A stretch of DNA of 32,000 nt from an uncultured Bacilli bacterium (GTDB taxonomy: Bacteria > Bacillota_I > Bacilli_A > RF39 > UBA660), in assembly GCA_910584305.1 (NCBI GenBank), contig CAJTZW010000007.1:34804-66803 (forward strand), given 5' to 3'. Made by a program: the position numbers and the translations under genes. Within the stretch, counting starts at the first letter, position 1, and each line of letters begins with the position of its first letter. The notes under the pieces were generated by a model. It searched no databases. It saw only the letters and a program-made list of their open reading frames with translations, and was not told the DNA's origin. This document shows, piece by piece, positions 1 to 8,708 of the stretch.

Positions 1-780
1 AATGCCTTGCATTATAATAAATACATTTCCAGCAATGACTTTTGAAAAGAAATGAACGCGAGGAGAAACGTTAGAAATGATAATCTCCATTCCACGAGTT
101 GTTTTCTCATCATTTACTTCTGCGCCAATCATTTGAACTAAGAAAATAGTAAGCATAAAAAATGGCAAAATTACAACCGGAAAGACTGTTGACATAATTG
201 TATCCATACTCTCATTTTCTGATTTCTTCGTTTCATCTAAAATAATACGTTCAATTTCAATAGGCGCATAAATTTGATTCAATTCGTCTTCAGAAATCGA
301 TGAAGTATCAATCGCAAGCATTGTTTTTGTATTTTGAATGGCCTGATATAAAACCTGATAATCTAATGTATCAATATAAGATTCAGAAATCAAAGAAGCG
401 GATAGTACAAAATTATCATCATTCGCTAGTGTAATGATAGCAGCATCCTCATCACCTTCTAATTCTTTTTTTGCAGAATCTAAATCCTTATCATACAATT
501 TTACATCAAAGGTAGTTTCTTCTTCCCCCGTTATGCTAAACTCTAAAGATTCAATTTGTTCCTTTAACCTTTCAAAAGAAACACCTGTTTCATCAATAAC
601 ATAAACCGATACTGCCTCATCAAAGTCTCCTCCAAAGAAACGAATTACACTATCAATATTAATAACTGCTACAATTATAAGTGCGAGTACAATATTCGCA
701 ATCATAAACCATTTGGTATGAAGTTTTCGTTTTAAACTAACATCCACTAAATACTTTAATTTATTTTTCAAAAGACTCAC
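1..780 (-). CDS. ABC-2 type transporter permease (NatB-like), truncated by window edge
   Basis: The minus-strand frame is open from GTG at 780 to the window edge and overlaps the upstream ATPase stop by 20 nt. The translation VSLLKNKLKYLVDVSLKRKLHTKWFMIANIVLALIIVAV... shows an N-terminal TM helix, a long acidic loop, then ...NDEKTTRGMEIIISNVSPRVHFF..., typical of ABC-2/NatB permeases. Confidence 0.6.
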   Translation of the reverse strand, partial: MSLLKNKLKYLVDVSLKRKLHTKWFMIANIVLALIIVAVINIDSVIRFFGGDFDEAVSVYVIDETGVSFERLKEQIESLEFSITGEEETTFDVKLYDKDLDSAKKELEGDEDAAIITLANDDNFVLSASLISESYIDTLDYQVLYQAIQNTKTMLAIDTSSISEDELNQIYAPIEIERIILDETKKSENESMDTIMSTVFPVVILPFFMLTIFLVQMIGAEVNDEKTTRGMEIIISNVSPRVHFFSKVIAGNVFIIMQGI

Positions 781-1672
781 CTACCTTAGCTACAAAAATC
801 TCATTGAGAGAAGGTTCCTCTACTACAAATTTTGTAATGTTCTTTTTCTTACGAACGACATCAAATACACTAGTAGCAATATCCGCACTTTCGATCTTTA
901 CCTCATATTCATCCTGATGAGGTTCTACAGAAACAACACCAGTAATACCTTCAAGCTCCTCTTTTGTAATATCTCCCTTTATAAAAATATTTTTTTTGCG
1001 GAATTGTTCCTTTATATCAGATAAATAACCTTCAAGTACTGGTTTTCCCTTTAACATAACAACCAATTTTTTACAAAATAATTCAACATGTTCCATTCTA
1101 TGAGAAGAGAAAATTATCATACTTCCTTTTTTAGACATTTCCACAATTTGCTCTTTAAAAAGTTCTACATTAAATGGATCAAGGCCTGAAAAAGGTTCAT
1201 CTAAAATTAATAGTTTAGGATTATTTAAGATTGCCGTGATAAACTGAATCTTTTGTTGATTTCCTTTGGATAACTCTTTAATTTTCTTATCCTTGTATTC
1301 TTCAATTCCAAACTTTACAAGAAGTTCATCCAACCGCTTTAGAATATCACTACGGGTCATTCCCTTAAGAGTACCATAATACAAACATTGTTCTTTCACT
1401 GTCATCTTTGTAAGCAAACTTCTTTCCTCTGTTAAAAAACCGATAGAATCTGTCATACTATAATCTATTTTCTTACCATCCATCGTAATACTACCAGAAC
1501 TAACATCCAAAAGACCCATAATCATACGAAACGTTGTGGTTTTACCTGCACCATTCACACCTAAAAGGCCGAAAATTTCACCCGGTTGTACTGTAAATGA
1601 CAAATTATCTACTGCTTTAAAATCACCATAATACTTTGTTACATTCTCTACTTTTAACATGAATTCAATCAT
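761..1672 (-). CDS. ABC transporter ATP-binding protein (NatA-like)
   Basis: Walker A GVNGAGKTT, signature LSKGNQQK and Walker B LLILDEP are present. It is followed by an overlapping permease gene. Confidence 0.9.
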   Translation of the reverse strand: MIEFMLKVENVTKYYGDFKAVDNLSFTVQPGEIFGLLGVNGAGKTTTFRMIMGLLDVSSGSITMDGKKIDYSMTDSIGFLTEERSLLTKMTVKEQCLYYGTLKGMTRSDILKRLDELLVKFGIEEYKDKKIKELSKGNQQKIQFITAILNNPKLLILDEPFSGLDPFNVELFKEQIVEMSKKGSMIIFSSHRMEHVELFCKKLVVMLKGKPVLEGYLSDIKEQFRKKNIFIKGDITKEELEGITGVVSVEPHQDEYEVKIESADIATSVFDVVRKKKNITKFVVEEPSLNEIFVAKVGESFEK

Positions 1673-1736
1673 CCCATTTCTTTATTTTTTTTATTGTACC
1701 ACAACAAATAGAAAAAGAAAAGAATCAAATCGATTC

Positions 1737-2864
1737 TTATACTGTAATGATAAATGGATCTGCATACGTCCCACTACCACTTTTCTCTGATGATACAATA
1801 TTTAGTACGTAATGAATATTATGAAGTGCATTTATCAAATCTGTCTCATAAGAAAGTCCTTTATTCGCATCAATATACACAACAGACGAAGAAGTCGTCG
1901 TAAGGGTCCATGAATCTGCCATATCCAAATACGTATCTAAAGAACAACTGGATAAAATACCACTACTGCAATCACTATTTATAGAAGCTTCCATATACTC
2001 ACTCATCGAAATAAGACCAATTTCAGAGACAATCTGTGTTTTAGTCTCATACGTTCTTACTGCATTTAAATTTAAAGACTCTATCACATCAATTACCCCT
2101 ACATTCCATTTAACATTTTGGTTGGTAATTGAAGGATATAAAGACTTATTTAGATTCTCTGTATACAATGTTGAAACATTAAATCCAATATTGCCAGATG
2201 CATCCCAAACAGCAGGGCTGTAGTCTACACGGACTAGCTTTAAAGATTTTGTCATTTTATCCAAACTCAGAATTCGATAATAACGATTATCTAATTTTAC
2301 ATAATTATTGGTAACATTTCCTCTAAATACATATCGGTCTTCCATATCATATAAACCGCTTCCAGTGACTACAACATTTTCATTATCATTTCCAACTAAA
2401 TATGAAAAAATAGACTCTCTTTGCTTTGATAAATCTTTCTGCCATACACCTTTTGCATCTTTTTGATAATAATATCCTGCGGGTCCTTGGCTAGCACAAT
2501 CAATATTCCCATCATCATATGTATAAGTATATGACTTATTTGTGGCATCATATGCAACCTCAATACAACCATACATAGCCTCTCCTGTTTTTGGGTTATT
2601 TATCTTTTCCCTTGACAAATAATCCAAATCCTGCAACATTTTTACAGAAACAAAAGAGGAATTTAAATATTCACTATCAAGTAAACTGGTAGAATCCGTT
2701 GCCCACTTTTTAGCAGCAAGCTCAATGTTCTGAACCTGTGTCGTATAAAGACTCTCTTTTGATTCTGATATATTCTTCATAATAGAAGGAACTGCAATCA
2801 ATGCAACAACTCCAATAATAACAATCACCGCCAAAAGCTCTACTAATGTAAATCCCTTTTTCAT
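1737..2864 (-). CDS. large prepilin-type N-terminal cleavage/methylation domain protein (type IV pilin-like)
   Basis: The N-terminus MKKGFTLVELLAVIVIIGVVALIAVP is a class III signal (G|FTLVE, Glu at +5). The remaining ~340 aa form a Cys-containing globular region with no family I recognise. Confidence 0.75.
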   Translation of the reverse strand: MKKGFTLVELLAVIVIIGVVALIAVPSIMKNISESKESLYTTQVQNIELAAKKWATDSTSLLDSEYLNSSFVSVKMLQDLDYLSREKINNPKTGEAMYGCIEVAYDATNKSYTYTYDDGNIDCASQGPAGYYYQKDAKGVWQKDLSKQRESIFSYLVGNDNENVVVTGSGLYDMEDRYVFRGNVTNNYVKLDNRYYRILSLDKMTKSLKLVRVDYSPAVWDASGNIGFNVSTLYTENLNKSLYPSITNQNVKWNVGVIDVIESLNLNAVRTYETKTQIVSEIGLISMSEYMEASINSDCSSGILSSCSLDTYLDMADSWTLTTTSSSVVYIDANKGLSYETDLINALHNIHYVLNIVSSEKSGSGTYADPFIITV

Positions 2865-2920
2865 AAAAGCCTCCTATACTATATATTTATTGTATCATGA
2901 ATTTTAAGTAGTGTAAATCT

Positions 2921-5086
2921 TTATGAAACTTCATATTTCCCACCAAAAGTAACCAAGAGCGAACTATCGGATGAAATCACAGAACCTTCTGGTATACTTT
3001 GATTTGTTACATATCCATTTCCCTCTAACGTATATGGAATATGTAATAGAGTACAAAGAGAAATCACATCACTTTTACTCCATCCAATAAGATTGGGCAT
3101 ATTATATATAGAAGAATTGGTAAGAAGAAGTACTTTATCCCCCGCAACAAGGGTTGTCCCTACACTCGGAAATTGATTGATAACACGACTTCCATCTCCA
3201 ATTATAATTGGATGTAATCCATATCCTCGCAACTCCTCTACAACAACTTCAATCGATTGGTTGGTATAAGATGAAACCACATACTCACTTACAGTAGACG
3301 CCTCTTCCCTTTCACTTAAATTTTCATACTTTGCAATACTCTTAATTACATCGGTTACAGCTGTATATACACCCGCACTGGTTCCCCAAAGAGGAGATTT
3401 CATAGCTGCATATATAATATACTCAGGATCTTCTGCAGGAAACATTCCTGCAAAAGAGAATATATAGTGATTTTCATTGGTTTCTATCACATAAGATCCA
3501 AGCTCTGCATTATAAATTTGTGAAGTTCCTGTTTTTCCAATTATATTGAGTCCTTCTACATTATAAGCACGCCCTGTCGTTGCACCTATATCATTACCAT
3601 GAATTGTATTATACATAAGTTCACGTATCTTATCTGTAGTAGATTTTTGTACAATAGAATCACTAACTTCAATTTGTCTTTCATAATAAATCTCATTGGT
3701 ATCCGGATTTACAATTTGCTTTACAATATGAGGTTTTACCATTTTACCATCATTAGCAACAATCGTTAGAGCCTGTAATTGTTGAATGGCAGTAGTTGTA
3801 ATTCCTTGGCCGAATCCAGCATTTGCTACTTCTACCTCATAATTAAAATTAACACGTCCTTTTTGCTCCCTAGAAAGTTCTATTCCCGTAATATCACCAA
3901 AGCCATATTTTTTAAAACAATCACGGAGTTCATCCTTTGATAAATAAGTACGAATTAAATTGACAATTCCAACATTACTAGAATATTCATATCCTTTATC
4001 GAAAGTAACTGCTCCCCAACCTATAGTATTCCAATCACGAATTGTCGCATCCGCCACAGAAACACTTCCAGATTGATATAATGCACTTCCATCATATTTC
4101 CCACTATCAATCGCACACATATATGTATATGTCTTCATAACAGATCCTGGTTCAAATGTCATTGTAACAAGTGGATTCTCGTAATTTACAATATTACGAA
4201 CATTAGGATCAAAAGATGGAGTTGAAGAAGTCGCTAAAATATCACCCGTTTTAGCATTCATTACGGTAAGTTGTAGCCACTCTGGAGAATAGGTAGTATT
4301 CGAAGCCTTAACCGCACTTTCTACAAACCTCTGCACTGTAGAATCAATCGTTAAATAAATATCATACCCATCAATCGCATCAATTGATACTTCTTTCGTC
4401 CCTGAAATTTTATAGCCATAGCGGTCTTGCTGATATTCCAAATAACCATCGGTTCCCTTTAATAAATCATTATACTTTAACTCAATTCCAAGTTCACCAG
4501 CAATTTGAATAGAAGAATTATTATTTTCATCTGTAACCTCTGTATCCTTAGCATATCCAATGACATAGGAAGCAAAATCACCATTAGGATAATATCGTTT
4601 TTGGCTCTCTATAAAATCAATTCCAGAAAGATTCAAGCTTTCAATTTCCTCTTTTTTTAACTCAGTAATTCCTCTTCCTCCTGGACCAAGTTCTACCTGA
4701 AATTTATCCATAGACATACGTTCAACTAAAGTAGAGACTTCCATTTCTAGTACAGGTGCCAAAGCCTCTGCTGTCATTTGTACATCCTTTACATAATCAT
4801 CTTTCCTACTTTCACGGCTAGCTTCTAAATAAGCAATCACTGTATAAGAACTGACATTCACTGCTAAAATATTTTGATTCGCATCATACACCGTTCCGCG
4901 GGTAGCAGAAAGTGTTTTCTTTACGGTACTTCTACTTGCCGCAAACTCATCCATATCCTTACCATACACCTTGCCTGATAATGACAAATAAGCAAATTGT
5001 AGATACAATAAAAAAATACAAAGTAAAAATACACCAAAAACAAATTTTGGAAAATTCCAAGTTTGTGTATTCCTCTTTGTATTCAT
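2921..5086 (-). CDS. class B penicillin-binding protein (FtsI/PBP2B/SpoVD family) with C-terminal PASTA repeats
   Basis: It has an N-terminal TM anchor, the transpeptidase motifs SVMK, SSN and KTGT, and two PASTA-like C-terminal repeats. It sits after ftsL in the dcw cluster. Confidence 0.9.
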   Translation of the reverse strand: MNTKRNTQTWNFPKFVFGVFLLCIFLLYLQFAYLSLSGKVYGKDMDEFAASRSTVKKTLSATRGTVYDANQNILAVNVSSYTVIAYLEASRESRKDDYVKDVQMTAEALAPVLEMEVSTLVERMSMDKFQVELGPGGRGITELKKEEIESLNLSGIDFIESQKRYYPNGDFASYVIGYAKDTEVTDENNNSSIQIAGELGIELKYNDLLKGTDGYLEYQQDRYGYKISGTKEVSIDAIDGYDIYLTIDSTVQRFVESAVKASNTTYSPEWLQLTVMNAKTGDILATSSTPSFDPNVRNIVNYENPLVTMTFEPGSVMKTYTYMCAIDSGKYDGSALYQSGSVSVADATIRDWNTIGWGAVTFDKGYEYSSNVGIVNLIRTYLSKDELRDCFKKYGFGDITGIELSREQKGRVNFNYEVEVANAGFGQGITTTAIQQLQALTIVANDGKMVKPHIVKQIVNPDTNEIYYERQIEVSDSIVQKSTTDKIRELMYNTIHGNDIGATTGRAYNVEGLNIIGKTGTSQIYNAELGSYVIETNENHYIFSFAGMFPAEDPEYIIYAAMKSPLWGTSAGVYTAVTDVIKSIAKYENLSEREEASTVSEYVVSSYTNQSIEVVVEELRGYGLHPIIIGDGSRVINQFPSVGTTLVAGDKVLLLTNSSIYNMPNLIGWSKSDVISLCTLLHIPYTLEGNGYVTNQSIPEGSVISSDSSLLVTFGGKYEVS

Positions 5087-5099
5087 CTATTTCACCTCT

Positions 5100-5396
5100 T
5101 TAGTCACTCACAATGACAATATTATCATTATTATAAGCAAGTCCCATATCAGAAACAATCCCTTTAATCTTATCAAAAGAAGTAAGTTCATTTACTTTCA
5201 TAACTAAACTTTCATTCTTTCTCTCCTGACTCTCGATATCATAACGTATTTTTTCCACACTCATACTCAAATGACTTACTCCAGCACCACAGAATATCTT
5301 TAATACCATCGTCATACCAAAACAAAACAAAGCACTCACATATAAAAGTCTTTCTCCCTTAGTAATCTTCATTTTTCTTTTCTTCGCTTTTTTCAT
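5100..5396 (-). CDS. ftsL: cell division protein FtsL-like
   Basis: This 98-aa bitopic protein has a basic N-terminus, one TM helix and a coiled-coil-like tail. It lies between rsmH and the PBP gene. Confidence 0.6.
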   Translation of the reverse strand: MKKAKKRKMKITKGERLLYVSALFCFGMTMVLKIFCGAGVSHLSMSVEKIRYDIESQERKNESLVMKVNELTSFDKIKGIVSDMGLAYNNDNIVIVSD

Positions 5397-5397
5397 A

Positions 5398-6321
5398 TTA
5401 TCCCTCTTTTATTCTCTCTATAACTCTAAGTTTTGCGCTACGTGCACGATGATTTTCTGTAATCTCTTGCGCAGTTGGATCTATCACACCAATTATTTTA
5501 AATTTAGGCATAAACTCCTCTGGAATGACTGGCATCTTCTGTAAATTTTTATCCACAGAACTAACCTCTTTAAAGATTTTCTTGCAGAGTTTATCCTCAA
5601 GTGAGTGAAATGTAATAACACAAATACGTCCCCCAACCGCTAATAAATCTAATGCTTGATATAAAGCAGATTCAAATACTTCTAACTCATGGTTTACTTC
5701 AATACGAATTGCCTGAAATACCTTTCTAGCAGGATGTTTCTCTAATTTATATTTCATAGGGACACTTTTCTTAATAACCTCCACTAACTCTAATGTTGTT
5801 GTAATTGGTTTTATTTGACGTTCCTTTACAATATTTTTTGCAATACTAGTTGCATACTTCTCTTCACCATATACAGTAAAAATATGAGCTAAATCTTCAA
5901 ATGAATACGAATTTACAACCTCATATGCAGAAAGCGATTCCTCCCTGTTCATTCTCATATCCAAACGTGCATCACTATGAAAACTAAATCCACGATAATC
6001 CTCATCCAGCTGTGGAGAAGATACACCCAAATCAAATAGAATACCATTTACTTTTTCAATGCCACGTTTTGTAAGCTCTTCTTTTATATGAGAAAAATTA
6101 GAATAAATCAGTTCATAGTTATCTGCAATATTAGAAAGTCTCTTTTGACTACTTTGAAGTGCCTCTGTATCTTGATCAAATGCATAAAGAAAACCGTTCG
6201 GTATACGGTATAAGATTTCACTGCTATGTCCCCCATATCCTAAAGTACAATCTACAACAATACTACCCAAAGACAAATTTAAATTTTCTAAACACTCTAG
6301 CAGTAAAACACTTTTATGCAT
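5398..6321 (-). CDS. rsmH: 16S rRNA (cytosine1402-N4)-methyltransferase RsmH (MraW)
   Basis: The sequence MHKSVLL.E....L....G..VDCTLGYGGHS...DLGVSS.QLD is the canonical RsmH pattern. The gene is immediately downstream of mraZ. Confidence 0.95.
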   Translation of the reverse strand: MHKSVLLLECLENLNLSLGSIVVDCTLGYGGHSSEILYRIPNGFLYAFDQDTEALQSSQKRLSNIADNYELIYSNFSHIKEELTKRGIEKVNGILFDLGVSSPQLDEDYRGFSFHSDARLDMRMNREESLSAYEVVNSYSFEDLAHIFTVYGEEKYATSIAKNIVKERQIKPITTTLELVEVIKKSVPMKYKLEKHPARKVFQAIRIEVNHELEVFESALYQALDLLAVGGRICVITFHSLEDKLCKKIFKEVSSVDKNLQKMPVIPEEFMPKFKIIGVIDPTAQEITENHRARSAKLRVIERIKEG

Positions 6322-6331
6322 AAAAACACCC

Positions 6332-6766
6332 CTATAAATTTAAATTACTAGAAAACAGATTGTCAGCAATTTCAGAGAAATTCTTTTCATTCTCATCCAT
6401 AAACTGATTCCAAATGCTCTCACTCCAGATTTCTAGATGATCATTTACACCGATAATAATACAATCTTTTTCTAGTGAAGCATAATGGATCAGTGGACTT
6501 GCAATATTGATTCTTCCCTGTTTATCAACATTCATCTCAGTGGCTCCAGATAAGAAGAAACGCATGAAATTACGAGCATCCCTTGTGTTCGGCAAAGACT
6601 TATATGTATCAATAATGCGTTGCCAATCAACACGTGGATATATAAATAAGCAATGATCAAGACCTCTAGTTACAACAAAGTCATATCCTAATTGTTCGCG
6701 AATTTTTGAAGGCAAAGTCAATCTTCCTTTTTCATCAATCGCATGATGATACTCTCCCATGAACAT
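6332..6766 (-). CDS. mraZ: transcriptional regulator MraZ
   Basis: MFMGEYHHAIDEKGRLTLPSKIR...DKQGRINI shows the duplicated DxxxR MraZ motifs. I prefer the ATG at 6766 (GGGTGA Shine-Dalgarno 4-5 nt upstream) over the ORF-track start at 6778. Confidence 0.93.
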   Translation of the reverse strand: MFMGEYHHAIDEKGRLTLPSKIREQLGYDFVVTRGLDHCLFIYPRVDWQRIIDTYKSLPNTRDARNFMRFFLSGATEMNVDKQGRINIASPLIHYASLEKDCIIIGVNDHLEIWSESIWNQFMDENEKNFSEIADNLFSSNLNL

Positions 6767-6773
6767 AAAATCA

Positions 6774-6809
6774 CCCACTTATCTCCACTTTCATCCACTG
6801 TATACCACT
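6774..6809 (-). promoter_or_regulatory. array of four MraZ-box-like repeats at exact 10-bp spacing
   Basis: The minus strand reads AGTGGT-N4-AGTGGA-N4-AGTGGA-N4-AGTGGG (plus-strand NCCACT at 6774, 6784, 6794 and 6804). The array lies between the putative -10 and the mraZ start. MraZ operators are known to be GTGG-type direct repeats with 10-nt periodicity. Confidence 0.55.
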
Positions 6810-6838
6810 ATTTTACATTGTTATTCCCATTTTGTAAA
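6810..6838 (-). promoter_or_regulatory. putative sigma-A promoter of the mraZ/dcw operon
   Basis: On the minus strand, -35 is TTTACA (6838-6833), the spacer is 17 nt, and -10 is TAAAAT (6815-6810). It is directly upstream of the GTGG repeat array. Confidence 0.45.
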
Positions 6839-6857
6839 GAGATTTTGTTATGATTCA

Positions 6858-6890
6858 AGAAAAAAAGAAAAAGATATCTTTGAAATATCT
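6858..6890 (-). terminator. weak rho-independent terminator after the VWA gene
   Basis: The minus strand reads AGATAT-TTCAAAG-ATATCT (6-bp AT-rich stem) followed by TTTTCTTTTTTTC. It sits 6 nt after the stop at 6896. Confidence 0.35.
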
Positions 6891-6895
6891 CCTTT

Positions 6896-8314
6896 CTACT
6901 TTCTTTTTCCAAAATCTTGGACTTCCTTATATACAAAGTTACATAATTTTGATAGTTGCTCTTTACCTATATAAATAACCCTACCTCCTGGAGGACTTAT
7001 TTTATGATTTCCGAAAACAATCCAAATCGCATTCAAATACTGCGTAGGCATAGAGGCATACCCATCTGTAAATATAATCTTATTATCTGCTTTAGTAAAA
7101 GAATTCACAGCCACAGTAAAGTCTGTTCCTCCACCACCCACAAGAGGTATATTATCTATATCACTATTATCCCTCACTTCATAAAAACCATAAAACACAG
7201 TATCAAAGCATCCAACTTTCATTTTTGAATTTTGTAAAATATTTTTACATTCTCTAAGAAAATTTCTAAGTAACACTTCACTGATAGACCCACTTGTATC
7301 AAGCAGTATCTCCGTTTCACTAGACTCTATTTCTTCTAAATGTGGTGTCACAACACCATATTCTATCGATGCATTTTGAAATGACCAATCTTCTAACCCC
7401 TTGACTGTTTTGGATAATAAGGTTGTCCAATCAACAAATGAATCTGCCACACCAATTTCATCTATATTTCTTACAGAAGAATTTGTAGAAATTCCAACAC
7501 CCACAGATTGTTTTGCTAAAGCATTTCTTAATTCCTCCAACTGTTTTTTTCTTTCTACCTTGTTTTGTTTAAAAACCTTTTTTTCTCCTAATTCCGCTAC
7601 CTTTTGTACTTGTTCTTTAATTTTCTTTTCTCGCTCATCCTGTAAAGATACTTGTCCATTTTCCTTAGAATCTTCTTTTCTCTGGTTTTTCCTAAAAACC
7701 TTATCTAAAAAACTACGATTAGAGCTTTGTTGTTTTGGCTCTCCTTTTTCTTTTAAGTTATTATCATCCGGCTGGTTCTTTTGCTTCTGCTTCTCAATAG
7801 CCTTGTCCCACATACTATGTGAATCATGCCCAACGCAATTATTTCCTTTTTCTGGTGTAGAATTTCTATTTTTAGACAGTGAATTTTCATCATTTTTGTT
7901 TTCCCGTTTTTCTAATAACCGTTGATATAGTTCCTCTGAATCATAATTAAGAGCATCAGAAATCTCAACAACGTTATCCACCAACGTCAATCCATCATTC
8001 TTTAAAAACGCATTAATCACAGCATCTGTTGCTTTATTCCATGTTTCTTTGTCTTTACCTTCACTTCGATAAATATGATTTAAAGCGACATGGCAGACTT
8101 CGTGTGCAAAGACAAACACCTGCTCACTTTCTGACAAATTATTTATAAAATCTGGATGATAAAAAATAGTTTCGGCATCTGTTCCTGCCGTCGGATTTCC
8201 ATAATCATCTACACAATCCATTGTCTCAACATAATTTAAATTTGCTGTTATACTCCCAAAGATAGGATATTGAACAAGTAATTTACTTTTTATTTTATTT
8301 ATATCAACACTCAT
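6896..8314 (-). CDS. HExxH metallopeptidase-like domain / K,E,Q-rich linker / VWA domain protein (DUF2201-like partner of MoxR ATPases)
   Basis: The N-terminal domain carries VFVFAHEVCHVALNH (HExxH). A ~130-aa low-complexity K/E/Q/N linker follows. The C-terminal domain has the MIDAS-like motif ILLDTSGSIS and a ...GGGGTDF... segment. Its start lies 1 nt after the upstream ORF's stop. Confidence 0.75.
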   Translation of the reverse strand: MSVDINKIKSKLLVQYPIFGSITANLNYVETMDCVDDYGNPTAGTDAETIFYHPDFINNLSESEQVFVFAHEVCHVALNHIYRSEGKDKETWNKATDAVINAFLKNDGLTLVDNVVEISDALNYDSEELYQRLLEKRENKNDENSLSKNRNSTPEKGNNCVGHDSHSMWDKAIEKQKQKNQPDDNNLKEKGEPKQQSSNRSFLDKVFRKNQRKEDSKENGQVSLQDEREKKIKEQVQKVAELGEKKVFKQNKVERKKQLEELRNALAKQSVGVGISTNSSVRNIDEIGVADSFVDWTTLLSKTVKGLEDWSFQNASIEYGVVTPHLEEIESSETEILLDTSGSISEVLLRNFLRECKNILQNSKMKVGCFDTVFYGFYEVRDNSDIDNIPLVGGGGTDFTVAVNSFTKADNKIIFTDGYASMPTQYLNAIWIVFGNHKISPPGGRVIYIGKEQLSKLCNFVYKEVQDFGKRK

Positions 8315-8315
8315 T

Positions 8316-8708
8316 TTATATATGTACCATCAATGAATATATATCTTCATCAATAGGATGTTCCTTTAAATTTGAACAAGTAACAAAAATCATACAATTT
8401 GGTGGCAACTCAAATGTACTAATTTTCTTATATTTTAAAATCTCCAGAAACTTTCTTTGTTCCTCTTTTGGAATTTGATTAATACAGTCAATCACTAACA
8501 AAGGCACAGCCTGATGTAATACCTCACTATACCATTGGGGCGACATATAATGAACATCCTCATAATGTCCTGACAACAAAGAAACATCACAATTAGCAGG
8601 CAAAACAACTCCCCCCTGAATTGCATTGGCAGAAATATCTTCTAATAGAATTGGAAAAACTCCCGCTTTTACATATTCATTCAAAAATTTTAATCTCTCA
8701 TTATTCAT
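8316..8708 (-). CDS. small AAA-like protein lacking a P-loop (degenerate MoxR-type core)
   Basis: PLLVIDCINQIPKEEQRKFLEILKYKKISTFELPPNCMIFVTCSN...IDEDIYSLMVHI parallels ILFLDEISNVKSNYILNLAFNLVLDRELDGKWQLPENARVVVAGN...PLFNRMAHVFI in the upstream ATPase. It has no GxxxxGK[ST] motif and reads DC instead of DE. An ATGA overlap joins it to the upstream ORF. Confidence 0.45.
   Translation of the reverse strand: MNNERLKFLNEYVKAGVFPILLEDISANAIQGGVVLPANCDVSLLSGHYEDVHYMSPQWYSEVLHQAVPLLVIDCINQIPKEEQRKFLEILKYKKISTFELPPNCMIFVTCSNLKEHPIDEDIYSLMVHI

Noticed and set aside
7401-7925. A 174-aa plus-strand ORF rich in F/S/L/C.
   Set aside because: It is the antisense shadow of the K/E/Q-rich linker of the minus-strand VWA protein. 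It has low-complexity composition and no start context.
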